The translations under genes and the position numbers were made by a program. Under the pieces are notes generated by a model. That model was not told the origin of the DNA and did no database searches. It worked only from the letters and a program-made list of their open reading frames with translations. A DNA stretch of 64,000 nt from an uncultured bacterium (GTDB lineage Bacteria > Eisenbacteria > RBG-16-71-46 > CAIMUX01), in NCBI GenBank assembly GCA_964631125.1, contig CAZVYN010000005.1, positions 34,230 to 98,229 on the forward strand, in the 5' to 3' direction. This document shows positions 39,429 to 49,955 of the stretch, one piece after another. How positions within the stretch are numbered: position 1 is the first letter of the stretch; the number at the start of each line of letters is the position of its first letter.

Positions 39429-42131
39429 ATGTCCACGATCGCGCGGAGGTCCCTCGCGAGGATCCTCCCCGTCTCTGCGGGGCTACTGCTGGCCTCCGCG
39501 CTTCCGGCTCTGGCGAAGCCGACCTATCGCGTCTCGTTCTTCAATGCGTATCCCACCGTTGTCGGATCGCGGCTGGACGACGTCCCGTCGATCTCGAACC
39601 ATTGCGGCGTCTGCCACTTCGAGTTCACCGGAGGGGGACCACGCAATCCGTACGGGCAGGCGGTCGGGGCCGCTCTGCCGGGCTACCCGAACAACGACGC
39701 CGGTCGCCAGCTCGCCATTCACAGCATCGAAGGAGCCGATTCGGACGGGGACGGCTTCAGCAATCTGGTCGAGATCACCGACCTGGCCAACTACACCAAC
39801 ACTCCGACCTTTCCCGGCCTGACGGTGGGAAATGTCGGCTCGACCGCCAGCGTCGATCCGGGCGACATCGCGGGATACCTCACGCCGACGAGTAGCAGCG
39901 ACCCGGAGCCACCGGTCGTTTCGGTCGTCTCGCCGAACGGGCTCGAAGCCTGGACTGCGCAGTCGCTGGAGTCGATTCAATGGGTGGCCAGCGACAACGT
40001 CGGAGTTGCCGCCATCGACCTCTACTACCGTGACAGCGAGGCCGGTCCCTGGGTCCAGATCGCGAGGGACCTCTTCAACAGCGGCTCTTTCCCTTGGCAT
40101 GTTCACAACACTCCGACCGGCACCGCCCGAGTGCGGGTAGTCGCCCGCGACGCCGCCCAAAACGCGGCTGAAGCCCAGGGCGCGGGGACCTTCACGATCG
40201 GGAACAAGCCCGGTGGAGTAATCGGCTCCACTCTGCGGGACTTCGAGTTGGCGGGTTCGCAACCGTTCGGATCCGGCTACTTCCAAGACCGATCGACCTG
40301 CGCGGGCTGCCATGGCGGCTACGACCCTGCGGTCGAGCCGGACCATCTCTTTTCTGGCAGCATGATGGCTCACGCCGCGCGCGACCCGCTCTTTGAAGCC
40401 TGCCTGGCGATCACCGAGCAGAATGCGCCGGGATCAGGGGACTTCTGTATCCGCTGCCACTCGCCGGGAGGCTGGTTGTCCGGCCATAGCAACCCGAACG
40501 ACGGATCGGCGCTCGATGCGCTCGACCGCAAGGGGGTCTCCTGCGACGCCTGTCACCGCTTGGTGGATCCAGAGTATGACCCGGGGACGGACCCGGCCGT
40601 CGACGAGCCGATCTTGCAGGCGCTGGCGGTCGTCCCCACGGACTTCGGAAATGGAGAGTATGTGGTCGATCCGGTCGCCCGCAGACGCGGCCCCTTCTCC
40701 GATGCCGACGCCCCCCACGCCATCCTGACCTCGCCGTTCCATCGTTCGAGCGCCCTTTGCGGGACCTGCCATGAGGTCTCGAATCCGATGTTCGTTCGGA
40801 CGGGTGATCGCGACTACGCGCTCCAGGCGCTCGATCAGCCGGTGGTCGACGATTCCCCCGAGGTGCTGCTCCCGCTCGAACGCACCTACAGCGAGTGGAA
40901 GGCGAGCAGCTTCAACTCGACTCCCGGGGTCTACGCGCCGGAGTTCGCGGGCAACAAGCCGGACGGTTTCGTCTCGACCTGTCAGGACTGCCATATGCGC
41001 GACGCTTCGGGCGCGGGATGCAACGACATCGACGCCATTACCCGTGAGGACCTGCCGCTCCACGATCTCACCGGAGGAAACACCTGGGTGCCGGGGCTGA
41101 TCGCACAGCTCTATCCGGGCGAAGTGGACGCTGACGCCTTGGCCGCTGGCGCCGAACGCGCGCGCCAGATGCTACAGAAGTCAGCGCTCCTCGATGTCGT
41201 GACCGCGGCGCAAGGCGACAGTTTCGTCGCCACGGTCACCGTGACGAATCGAACCGGCCACAAGCTGCCGACCGGGTATCCAGAGGGACGCCGGATGTGG
41301 CTCCATGTCGTGGCGCGGGGCCTGAACAACGGGGTCGTCTACGAATCGGGGGCCTACGAGAGCGCGACGGGCGTGCTGCTGCTCGACGACGACTGCGTCA
41401 TCTACGAGGCGAAAATGGGAGTTTCCGAAGGGGTGTCGCAACTCACAGGTCTGTCCGTTGGCGAGACGTTTCACTTCGCGCTGAACGACACCCTGCTCAA
41501 GGACAACCGGATTCCGCCGCTTGGGTTCAGCAACGCGACGTTCGCGGCGTTCGGGGGGCAACCGATCGAGTCCGGGGGGCCCGTCCCGCGCTACTCCGAC
41601 GGCCAGAACTGGGATGCGTCGACCTTCCGCCTCCCCTCGAGCGCTCGAGAAGTGGTCGCCACGCTGTACTACCAGACGACGACAAAGGAGTACGTGGAGT
41701 TCCTACGTGACGAGAACACCACCAACTCGGCGGGTCAGACGCTGTTCGATCTGTGGGAAGCGAACGGGCGAGCGGCGCCCGTGCCGATGGCGGCCGACTC
41801 CACCTACACGACGACGGTGGAGGTGGCCGAGGATCCTCTCTCGGAGACGATTCGGATGGTTGCGATGCTCCAGGCGGGGCCCAACCCATTCCGTGACGCG
41901 GTGCGGATCGTCCTCTCGCTGCCCCGCCCGGCCCCCGCGAAGCTCGAACTCTTCGATCTCCAGGGACGCCGCTTGCTGTCGCGCGACCTTGGTGTGGTTG
42001 CGCCTGGGGGACGGGTCATCGAGTGGGACGGCCGGGATGACGCTGGGCGTGACGCGGGCGCTGGCGTCTTCTTCGCCCGAGTCGTCGCGGACGGCGATGA
42101 ACTCACGAGGCGGATCGTGCGCCTGAGGTAG
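39429..42131 (+). CDS. Secreted multiheme c-type cytochrome (six CxxCH) with C-terminal FlgD-Ig-like domain
   Basis: Signal peptide. Six heme-binding motifs: CGVCH, CAGCH, CIRCH, CDACH, CGTCH, CQDCH. The C-terminal ~80 aa (VRIVLSLPRPAPAKLELFDLQGRRLLSRDL...WDGRDDAGRDAGAGVFFARVVADGDELTRRIVRLR) are FlgD-Ig/T9SS-CTD-like. Confidence 0.8.
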   Translation: MSTIARRSLARILPVSAGLLLASALPALAKPTYRVSFFNAYPTVVGSRLDDVPSISNHCGVCHFEFTGGGPRNPYGQAVGAALPGYPNNDAGRQLAIHSIEGADSDGDGFSNLVEITDLANYTNTPTFPGLTVGNVGSTASVDPGDIAGYLTPTSSSDPEPPVVSVVSPNGLEAWTAQSLESIQWVASDNVGVAAIDLYYRDSEAGPWVQIARDLFNSGSFPWHVHNTPTGTARVRVVARDAAQNAAEAQGAGTFTIGNKPGGVIGSTLRDFELAGSQPFGSGYFQDRSTCAGCHGGYDPAVEPDHLFSGSMMAHAARDPLFEACLAITEQNAPGSGDFCIRCHSPGGWLSGHSNPNDGSALDALDRKGVSCDACHRLVDPEYDPGTDPAVDEPILQALAVVPTDFGNGEYVVDPVARRRGPFSDADAPHAILTSPFHRSSALCGTCHEVSNPMFVRTGDRDYALQALDQPVVDDSPEVLLPLERTYSEWKASSFNSTPGVYAPEFAGNKPDGFVSTCQDCHMRDASGAGCNDIDAITREDLPLHDLTGGNTWVPGLIAQLYPGEVDADALAAGAERARQMLQKSALLDVVTAAQGDSFVATVTVTNRTGHKLPTGYPEGRRMWLHVVARGLNNGVVYESGAYESATGVLLLDDDCVIYEAKMGVSEGVSQLTGLSVGETFHFALNDTLLKDNRIPPLGFSNATFAAFGGQPIESGGPVPRYSDGQNWDASTFRLPSSAREVVATLYYQTTTKEYVEFLRDENTTNSAGQTLFDLWEANGRAAPVPMAADSTYTTTVEVAEDPLSETIRMVAMLQAGPNPFRDAVRIVLSLPRPAPAKLELFDLQGRRLLSRDLGVVAPGGRVIEWDGRDDAGRDAGAGVFFARVVADGDELTRRIVRLR

Positions 42132-42514
42132 TCATCGAACGCGCGCGACGCCCGCGTTGACACATCCGGGGAACACTCCTAACCTCTCCTTACTCTCTGG
42201 TCCTGGCTGGATGGTATCGCAGGCAGCGGCCGCGACCTCGGTGGGCGACAGGTTTCCAGAGAGCAAGATCGCACCACACGAGACGGCCACTCCGCACGGT
42301 CAACTCCTTGCGTCCTGGACTCGCCTCGAGGAGTTCGAAACCTTCCCCCCCCACGCGGCTCTCGCACCCACGGGCGCGTGTTGCCGCTCGTCGAAACGCC
42401 CATTACCTGTTCGCTGTTCTCGCGCAAGCGAGAGCGACCTGCCTCGTCACACGACACGTCATGTGTCGTTCGGGAACCAGACCCTCGTAACCAATTTATC
42501 GAAGGGACGCGGCC

Positions 42515-42928
42515 ATGAATCCTTCGACCTCTGACCTCACCACCTGCCCCCGCGCGGGAAATTCTTCCCTCGAATCCAACGCGAGCGTTCAGCGGAGTTC
42601 GACACGAACCTGTGCGCTGCTCGCGATCATAGCGACGCTCTTTCTCGCGCTGAGCGCGGGTTCGAGTTGGGCCCGTCCCCAAGTTGCGGTTCCTACGCAG
42701 GGCCTCGGAGATGGGACGCCCTATGAAGAGCCTGAATACGCCCCGACCGACCCCACGAACGAAGGGGACCAGGGCGACGATCCGGATGGCGGCAAACACG
42801 AAGAGCCGGACGGCCCGCCAATCGACCAGGAAGACAGCATCCAGCAGCCGGGGAGCGGCCTCGGTTCGATGGTCTGGCGTCGATTCGAGGCGGAACTCTT
42901 CCGCGTGTTGTACTGGGTCAGGCACTGA
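42515..42928 (+). CDS. Small acidic, Pro-rich secreted protein (hypothetical)
   Basis: Hydrophobic signal segment (CALLAIIATLFLALSAGSSWA) followed by D/E/P-rich low complexity. It lies 15 nt upstream of the TPR/AAA regulator, so probably co-transcribed. Start uncertain. Confidence 0.4.
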   Translation: MNPSTSDLTTCPRAGNSSLESNASVQRSSTRTCALLAIIATLFLALSAGSSWARPQVAVPTQGLGDGTPYEEPEYAPTDPTNEGDQGDDPDGGKHEEPDGPPIDQEDSIQQPGSGLGSMVWRRFEAELFRVLYWVRH

Positions 42929-42943
42929 GCGGGGGTTTCAATC

Positions 42944-45352
42944 ATGTCTGCTCCGGCTCCACACCTCGGGCCGTCGCCGTTCGACCCATCGTCGGGCAGC
43001 GGCGCCAACGGTCGTCATTCGATTCTGGAACTAGCGCGCATCTATGTCTCCGCATCGGCTTGTGCGTCGGCGCTCGAAGTCCTCGAGCGTCTGCCGCTGA
43101 GCGAGTGGGATGAAGAGTCGCGTCTGCTCCGCGCCGAAGCGCTGATCGGACTCGGGCGGACGCCCGAAGCTGATGTGCTCCTCGGCCCGCCGATCCTTCC
43201 GAGTGCGTCATCCCCGACTCGGACGCGTCCGAGTCCCAATCCAGCAAAGCCGAGCGGAGGGGCTGACGCGACGCCGAGTCCCAAGGCGGGGCGAGCGTCC
43301 CGTCGACGGATGCCCTCGAAGCGAGAGCGCCTCGCGCAGTGGCGGTTCGTCCTGCAGCTCAAGGTGCTGCATCGGATGGGGCGTTACCGCGAAGTGCTTC
43401 AGCTCGGACGGGCCTACTTCGATGGGCGAGTGATCGAGCCGAGCCCGCTCGTCGCGCGGATGGTCGTGGTGATGGCCCAGTCGACCGAGCGGCTGCGCAG
43501 GCCGGCCGAAGCGCGCGAGTTGTACGGTGAAGTCCTGGAAGTCTACAAGGCGTTGCGATCGAAGGAAGGCGTCGCCGATGCGCTCCTGGGACTCGCGAAC
43601 ACGCAGCTTCTCGACTGCCAGTGGGACGAGGCGGACGCGCTCTACCAAGAAAGCCGCTTCCGTTACGAGGAGATCGGGCAGTCGGACAAGGCGCTGTCGT
43701 GTCTGTTGAATCTGGGTGTGCTCCGCGCGAAGCGCGGCGACCTCGCCGGCGGCCGCGCGCTGCTCGTGCAGGCGTCGATTCGTGCGTCGCAGATGGGTGA
43801 GTCGCGACGGATGGGCACCATCCGTCTCGGTCTGGCTCTGGTCGACATGCGGGAAGGACGCGTGAGGGATGCGATGGCCCATCTCCTCGCCGTGCTGCAG
43901 GACGCCCGCACTCGCCGCGCGCCGCGCAATCGCGCGCTCGCGTTCGAGTTCTTGGGCGAGCTGCATCTCTCGCAGGGACGCACCGGTCGCGCCCGTGTCT
44001 GCTTGGCGTCGGGACTCAAGCTGGCCCGCCAGATGTCGCCCACCGGCGACCTGGTGTTCGAGATCAGGCGTCGGCAGGCCGAGACCGCGCTGGCCGAAGG
44101 ATCACTCGACGAAGCTCGCGTCCTCGCGCTGGAGTCGGTGCGACTCGCGCGCGAGTACGGTGATGTCTACGAGGCGGCGGTGGCGGAACGCGTCCTTGCC
44201 ATTTGCGACGAGCAAGCGGGTCGAAGCTCCGAAGCTCTCCGTCGGGTGCGCGCGGCCTGCGACAACTTGGATCGCCTCGGCGAGACCTACGAGCGGGCGC
44301 GGTTCGAGCTGCTCAAGTTGCGACTCGAGCTGCTCCTCGGACAGACGACCGCCGATCGCGTGACGCAGCGCGCGGCCGAGGTCGAGCGCCCGTACGAGAT
44401 GTCGCCGAACGCGGTGGTTCGTGATGAGGCGGCGAGGCTCTGCGAGGCGGTCGAGAGAGTGGCCGCCAAACTCGCGCAGGAGCGAGGGGCGCCGTTCGAA
44501 GAGCGGGCTCGCTCGGTCTCGGGTCGACCATCGCCGGCCGCGGCGAATGTTCGGCCGCGAACGAGCGTGGATCTGCCTTCACTCCAGGATGGGGACCGCG
44601 CGCTGGCGATCTCGCTGGGACTGGTGGGAGAGTCTCGGATCTTCACCGACCTGCTGCGCGCGGCGGTCGAGGCGGCCGAGACAGACCTGCCGATCGTGAT
44701 CATTGGTGAGGCCGGGGCCGGCAAGTCGCGGCTCGCGCGGTTCCTCCATATGCGGTCACGTCGGCCGGGCAACTTCCTGAGTCTGCGAGTGGCGGACCTG
44801 AACGAACATGTGGTGCGCGCCGAACTATTCGGAGGTGCGATCGGTTCTCCATTCTCGTTGCCGCCCCGGGACCGCTCCCATGGCGTGCGTTCGGGAATGG
44901 CGGGACTGACGCTGGCCGATGGCGTGCGACCGGCCGGCCTCTTCGCCGCCGCCGCGCGAGGAACCCTCTGCTTCGAGGCGATGGGAGAGGTAGCGCCGAT
45001 CTTCCAGGTTCGGATGGTCGAGTGGCTGGAGCGAGCGGGAGAGTGGGCATCGCCGCAGGAGCGGCCTCGCTACCTATTCGCCGCGCGACAGCCGGTTCGT
45101 GAGGAATGGGCGCACATCCTCGGAGCGCGCATCCTCCGGATCCCCTCGCTTCGTTCGCGGGCGATCGATATCCCGGTGCTTGCCCAACAGTTCGCGACCG
45201 ATCTCTGCGAGCGTTACGGCCTCGACCGTATCGGGCTCCCGACCGCGATGCTGCAGGAGTGGTCGCAGCTAGAGTGGCCGGCGAATCTGACCGGGTTGCG
45301 GCAAGCCGTCGAGGCGTTCGTGCTCAAGCGAGGTGACGGACCCGAAGCGTAG
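42944..45352 (+). CDS. TPR-repeat protein fused to a degenerate sigma54-activator-type AAA+ domain (no recognisable HTH)
   Basis: The N-terminal ~500 aa carry multiple TPR-like repeats. The C-terminus has Walker A IIGEAGAGKSRLARFLH. GAFTGA is replaced by GAIGSPFS, while RGTLCFEAMGE and the arginine-finger region are retained. No C-terminal Fis-type HTH is visible. Confidence 0.7.
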   Translation: MSAPAPHLGPSPFDPSSGSGANGRHSILELARIYVSASACASALEVLERLPLSEWDEESRLLRAEALIGLGRTPEADVLLGPPILPSASSPTRTRPSPNPAKPSGGADATPSPKAGRASRRRMPSKRERLAQWRFVLQLKVLHRMGRYREVLQLGRAYFDGRVIEPSPLVARMVVVMAQSTERLRRPAEARELYGEVLEVYKALRSKEGVADALLGLANTQLLDCQWDEADALYQESRFRYEEIGQSDKALSCLLNLGVLRAKRGDLAGGRALLVQASIRASQMGESRRMGTIRLGLALVDMREGRVRDAMAHLLAVLQDARTRRAPRNRALAFEFLGELHLSQGRTGRARVCLASGLKLARQMSPTGDLVFEIRRRQAETALAEGSLDEARVLALESVRLAREYGDVYEAAVAERVLAICDEQAGRSSEALRRVRAACDNLDRLGETYERARFELLKLRLELLLGQTTADRVTQRAAEVERPYEMSPNAVVRDEAARLCEAVERVAAKLAQERGAPFEERARSVSGRPSPAAANVRPRTSVDLPSLQDGDRALAISLGLVGESRIFTDLLRAAVEAAETDLPIVIIGEAGAGKSRLARFLHMRSRRPGNFLSLRVADLNEHVVRAELFGGAIGSPFSLPPRDRSHGVRSGMAGLTLADGVRPAGLFAAAARGTLCFEAMGEVAPIFQVRMVEWLERAGEWASPQERPRYLFAARQPVREEWAHILGARILRIPSLRSRAIDIPVLAQQFATDLCERYGLDRIGLPTAMLQEWSQLEWPANLTGLRQAVEAFVLKRGDGPEA

Positions 45353-45481
45353 CGATCAGCGAATGCGAAGGAGGCGGGCAGCTTCAGCGCGTTCGCCGAT
45401 CGAGAGCCGGAAGAAATAGACGCCGGTCGGCGCGAGCCGGCCGGCGTCGTCGTGACCGTCCCACCCTGAATCTCGACTCGA

Positions 45482-46123
45482 TCAGTCGCCTTTCGGCTGC
45501 GGCACGAACCGCAGGTACGGAACGGGCGCCTTCCACCCGGCCGGGAACTTCTTCTTGGCGTCCTCGTCGTTGAGGGAGGCCGCGATGATCACGTCCTCGC
45601 CCTGCTTCCAGTTCACCGGTGTGGCCACGCTGTGCTTGGCGGTGAGCTGGAGCGAGTCGACGACTCTCAGGATCTCGCTGAAATTGCGCCCCGTACTGGC
45701 GGGGTAGGTTAGCGTGAGTTTCACTTTCTTGTCGGCGCCGATGACGAAGACGGACCGAACCGTGAACGTGTCGTTGGCGCTCGGATGAATCATGTCGTAG
45801 AGGTCCGAGACCTTCCGATCCGGGTCCGCGATGAGCGGATAGTTCACTGCGCAACCCTGGGTCGTCTCGATGTCCTTGACCCAATCCTTGTGGGAATCGA
45901 GCGGATCGACGGAGAGGCCGATCACCTTCACGTTGCGCTTGGCGAACTCGGGCTTCAGCTTCGCGACTTCGCCGAGTTCCGTCGTGCAGACGGGCGTGAA
46001 ATCCTTCGGATGCGAGAAGAGGATTCCCCAGCCGTCCCCCAGCCATTCGTGGAAGCGAATCGGTCCGTCGGTCGTGTCGGCGGTGAAATCGGGGGCTATG
46101 TCTCCGAGTCGTACGGTCGCCAT
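45482..46123 (-). CDS. Peroxiredoxin (1-Cys Prx/Prx6-like)
   Basis: Peroxidatic Cys motif FTPVCTTE. Thioredoxin fold with a long C-terminal extension typical of the Prx6 subfamily. Confidence 0.9.
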   Translation of the reverse strand: MATVRLGDIAPDFTADTTDGPIRFHEWLGDGWGILFSHPKDFTPVCTTELGEVAKLKPEFAKRNVKVIGLSVDPLDSHKDWVKDIETTQGCAVNYPLIADPDRKVSDLYDMIHPSANDTFTVRSVFVIGADKKVKLTLTYPASTGRNFSEILRVVDSLQLTAKHSVATPVNWKQGEDVIIAASLNDEDAKKKFPAGWKAPVPYLRFVPQPKGD

Positions 46124-46341
46124 GGTCTTGCTCCTTCTTGTGGTGGCCGGGCCGTCAGGCTACCCAGCAGAGGTCGTTCCGTCGACGAGGATCTGGCCGA
46201 TCTTCGCAGATCTCGCAGGGCACGGACTTATCCCCGCCCGGACTCGATGAGTTGCGAGTGGTTTCCAACGGCTCACAGCAGTGTTTGCCCGGCCTCCCCG
46301 TGCCGATCTAAGGTCGGAGGTCCAAGACATGGAGGTCCGAC

Positions 46342-48387
46342 ATGCCCAGCCGCACTGATACGCCGATCGCGACGGACGCCGCCCTCGACAAGCTCGCGAT
46401 CGACACGATCCGCACTCTGTCGATGGATGCGGTCCAGGCCGCGAACTCCGGGCACCCCGGGACACCGATGGCGCTCGCGCCGGTTGCCTACACGATCTAC
46501 CAGCGACATCTGCGCTTCGATCCGGCCGATCCCTCGTGGTCGGACCGCGACCGGTTCGTCCTCTCCAACGGCCATGCTTGCATGCTGCTCTATTCGATGC
46601 TCCACCTGGCGGGATACGAGGTCTCGCTGGAGGACCTGAAGCAGTTCCGCCAGAAGGGAAGCAAGACGCCGGGTCACCCGGAACGGGGCCACACCCCGGG
46701 AGTCGAGGTTACGACCGGTCCACTCGGGCAGGGAATCGCCAACGCGGTGGGACTCGCCATCGCGGAACAGATGCTGGCGGCGCGATTCAATCGACCGGGA
46801 CACGAGATCGTCGATCACCACACGATCGGCATCGCGGGAGACGGCTGTCTCATGGAGGGCGTCTCGTTCGAAGCGTGCGCGCTCGCCGGTCGTCAGAAGC
46901 TCGGCAAGCTGATCTTCTTCTACGACGACAACAAGATCACGATCGCCGGCAGCACGGCGCTCGCCTTCACCGAGGATGTCGCGCGGCGCTTCGAGGCGAT
47001 GGAGTGGCAGACGTTGCGCGTCGACGACGCCAACGACACCGCCGCGATCGACCGGGCGCTGATCGAGGCGAAGGGCGACACGGCTCGGCCGACGCTCATC
47101 CTCCTTCGCTCGCACATCGGCTACGGCAGCCCGAAGAAGCAGGACACGAAGGAAGCGCACGGAGAGCCGCTCGGAGACGACGAGGTGAAAGCGGCGAAGC
47201 GATTCTACGGCTGGCCAGAGGACGCGAAGTTCCTCGTCCCCGACGATGTCCGAGGACAACAGGATGCGTGGCGGGACCGCGGGAAGAAGTGGTCGAGCGA
47301 ATGGCGGGAACGTTTCGCGGCGTACCGCCAGGCGTATCCACTGGAGGCGGCGGAGTTCGAACGCGTCATGGCAGGCCGCGCGCCCGACGGGTTGGACGCG
47401 GCGCTGGCCCCCCTGCGGGAATCTCCCAAGGCGGAGGCCTCGCGGGAGAGCGGCGCCAAGGCGATCCAAGCGCTCGCCGCGGCCGCGCCGGAGTTGGTGG
47501 GCGGATCGGCCGACCTGGATCCCTCGACGAAAACCTTCATCAACGCCTCCGTCAACTTCGACTTCGACCGTCGCGACGGACGCAACATCCAGTTCGGTGT
47601 CCGTGAGCATGGGATGGGCTCGATCGTGAACGGGATGGCCGCGCACGGCGGGCTGCGGCCGTTCGGCGCGACGTTCTTCGTCTTCTCGGACTACATGCGA
47701 CCGACGATCCGGCTGGCGGCGCTCTCGAAGCTACCGTCGATCTTCGTCTTCACGCACGACTCGGTCGGATTGGGGGAAGACGGCCCGACGCACCAGCCGA
47801 TCGAGCATCTCGCGTCACTGCGTGCGATTCCGGGGGTGCACGTCTTTCGGCCGGCGGATGCGCGCGAAACGGCGGAGGCCTGGGCCGCGGCGATCCAGCG
47901 GATGGACGGACCGACCTTGCTGGTGCTCTCGCGGCAGAAGCTCCCGGTGATCGATCGGGAGCGAGCGGGCGCGGGGGCGAGCGAGGGCGCGCTGCGCGGC
48001 GGATATGTGGCGTTGGAGGCGGCCGGAGCGCGGCAGGTGACGCTGATTGCGACGGGCTCCGAAGTGGGGCCGTGTATCGAAGCGGCTGGGCTGTTGCAGC
48101 AGGAGGGCGTGACGATTCGCGTCGTGAGCCTCGCATCGTGGGAGGTTTTCGCGCTGCAGCAGGCCTCGTATCGCGAGGCGGTGCTCGGTCCGGCCGACGG
48201 AGTGCGTATCTCGGTCGAGGCCGGCGCCACCATGGGATGGGATCGCTACACCAACCCGCGCGGCGCTTCGATCGGCATCGACCGATTCGGCGCGTCGGCG
48301 CCGGGACCGACCAACATGGAGTCCTTCGGCTTCACTCCGGTCGCGATCGCGGAGCGGGTTCGAAACGTCGTACGCGAGTCGCATTGA
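46342..48387 (+). CDS. tkt: Transketolase
   Basis: TPP motif [13 protein letters not shown] and the transketolase signatures ([14 protein letters not shown]). Confidence 0.95.
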   Translation: MPSRTDTPIATDAALDKLAIDTIRTLSMDAVQAANSGHPGTPMALAPVAYTIYQRHLRFDPADPSWSDRDRFVLSNGHACMLLYSMLHLAGYEVSLEDLKQFRQKGSKTPGHPERGHTPGVEVTTGPLGQGIANAVGLAIAEQMLAARFNRPGHEIVDHHTIGIAGDGCLMEGVSFEACALAGRQKLGKLIFFYDDNKITIAGSTALAFTEDVARRFEAMEWQTLRVDDANDTAAIDRALIEAKGDTARPTLILLRSHIGYGSPKKQDTKEAHGEPLGDDEVKAAKRFYGWPEDAKFLVPDDVRGQQDAWRDRGKKWSSEWRERFAAYRQAYPLEAAEFERVMAGRAPDGLDAALAPLRESPKAEASRESGAKAIQALAAAAPELVGGSADLDPSTKTFINASVNFDFDRRDGRNIQFGVREHGMGSIVNGMAAHGGLRPFGATFFVFSDYMRPTIRLAALSKLPSIFVFTHDSVGLGEDGPTHQPIEHLASLRAIPGVHVFRPADARETAEAWAAAIQRMDGPTLLVLSRQKLPVIDRERAGAGASEGALRGGYVALEAAGARQVTLIATGSEVGPCIEAAGLLQQEGVTIRVVSLASWEVFALQQASYREAVLGPADGVRISVEAGATMGWDRYTNPRGASIGIDRFGASAPGPTNMESFGFTPVAIAERVRNVVRESH

Positions 48388-48413
48388 CTCGAGACTGGAT
48401 GCAGGGAGAACCG

Positions 48414-49955
48414 ATGCCCGATCTGCTGACACCGAGGTCCGAGCACCCGGACACGCCGACCACCGTCGTGATCCTCGGAGCCTCCGGCGATCTCACGCGA
48501 CGCAAGCTGGTCCCGGCGCTCTATATGTTGCGGAGAGAAAAACAGCTTCCGACCCGCTTCACGCTGGTCGGCGTGGCGCGCCGTGAGAAGAGCGACGATC
48601 AGTTCCGCGAAGAGATGATCGAAGCGGTGAAGACCTTCGCCCGCGGTGGGGACTATGACGAGGAAGAGCTTCGTCAGTTCGCTTCGCGGATGCACTACGT
48701 GCATGGGGAATTGGGCGACCCCGACACCTACAGCCGGCTGAGGTGGCGTCTGGGCGAAGTCGAAGAAGCTGACAACGTGCCCGAGGCGCAGCGCATCCGA
48801 CTCTTCTATCTGGCCATCCCGCCCTCGGAGTTCCCGCACGCGCTGGCTCAGCTCTCGACTTCGGGACTCTCATCTCCGGAGCACGCCGATCGGACGCGCA
48901 TCGTCATCGAGAAGCCGTTCGGTCACGACACCGAGTCGGCCCGCGTCTTGAACAAGCAGGTGCACGCCGCCTTCGCCGAGCAGCAGGTCTATCGCATCGA
49001 CCACTACCTCGGGAAGGAGACGGTCCAGAACATCCTCGTCTTCCGACTGGCGAACGGGATCTTCGAGCCGCTCTGGAATCGCCGCTACATCGACCACGTC
49101 CAGATCACGGTGGCCGAGACGCTCGGGGTCGAGAATCGCGCGTCGTACTTCGATCAGGCCGGCATCATGCGCGACATCGTGCAGAACCACATGCTCCAGC
49201 TCCTGTCGCTCGTGGGCATGGAGCCGCCCGTGCGTTTCAACGCCGAGCAGGTGCGCAACGAGAAGGTGAAGGTCTTGATGGCGCTCCACCCGTTCTCGGC
49301 CAAGGAGCTCGAGACCAACGTGGTGCGCGCGCAGTACGTGAGCGGCGAGGTCGGTGGGCAGCGCGCTCCCGCCTATCGAGACGAGGACGGGGTCGACGTC
49401 AAGTCGGTGACGGAGACCTACGTCGGCTTCAAGGTCTACCTCGACAACTGGCGTTGGGCCGGCGTGCCGTTCTACTTGCGAGCGGGCAAACGGTTCGCGA
49501 CCAGGACGACATCGATTTCGATCCAGTTCCGGCAGCCTCCCTTGGCGCTCTTCCGTTCGCAGCACAGCAGCGATCCGACGCCGAATCGACTGCATATCCA
49601 GGTGCAGCCGGAGGAGGGGATCTGGCTGCGGATCGGGTCGAAGCGGCCGGGTGGAAAAATGGAGGTCGACTCGGTCGAGCTGCAGTTCAAGTACGCGACC
49701 GCCTTCCAGAAGGGACCGCCCGATGCGTACGAGCGGCTGCTGCTCGACGCGATCCACGGCGACTCGACTCTCTTCGCGCGCGAGGACGAGGTCGACTACG
49801 CCTGGCGGTTCTGCACGCCGATCCTGGAGCACTGGAAGCGACACAAGGACACGCCGCTGACGTTCTATAGCGCAGGAACGTGGGGACCGCTGGAAGCCGA
49901 TCGAACCATGGAAGCCGACGGCCGGCAGTGGTTCAACGACACGCCGGGTCGGTAG
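48414..49955 (+). CDS. zwf: Glucose-6-phosphate 1-dehydrogenase
   Basis: NADP motif ILGASGDLTRRKL, active site RIDHYLGKE, C-terminal G6PD domain. An ATG at 48399 (5 codons upstream) is an alternative start; 48414 has the better GGGAGA RBS. Confidence 0.9.
   Translation: MPDLLTPRSEHPDTPTTVVILGASGDLTRRKLVPALYMLRREKQLPTRFTLVGVARREKSDDQFREEMIEAVKTFARGGDYDEEELRQFASRMHYVHGELGDPDTYSRLRWRLGEVEEADNVPEAQRIRLFYLAIPPSEFPHALAQLSTSGLSSPEHADRTRIVIEKPFGHDTESARVLNKQVHAAFAEQQVYRIDHYLGKETVQNILVFRLANGIFEPLWNRRYIDHVQITVAETLGVENRASYFDQAGIMRDIVQNHMLQLLSLVGMEPPVRFNAEQVRNEKVKVLMALHPFSAKELETNVVRAQYVSGEVGGQRAPAYRDEDGVDVKSVTETYVGFKVYLDNWRWAGVPFYLRAGKRFATRTTSISIQFRQPPLALFRSQHSSDPTPNRLHIQVQPEEGIWLRIGSKRPGGKMEVDSVELQFKYATAFQKGPPDAYERLLLDAIHGDSTLFAREDEVDYAWRFCTPILEHWKRHKDTPLTFYSAGTWGPLEADRTMEADGRQWFNDTPGR

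Noticed and set aside
45353-45481. Possible hairpin GACGCCGG...CCGGCGTC between convergent regulator and peroxiredoxin genes
   Set aside because: The stem is only 8 bp with a 14-nt loop and no U-tract, too weak to call a terminator.
46273-47646. 457-aa - strand ORF opposite transketolase
   Set aside because: Antisense to tkt.
48072-48413. 5' extension of the zwf ORF (114 codons)
   Set aside because: It overlaps the tkt 3' end. G6PD homology and the RBS begin at 48414.
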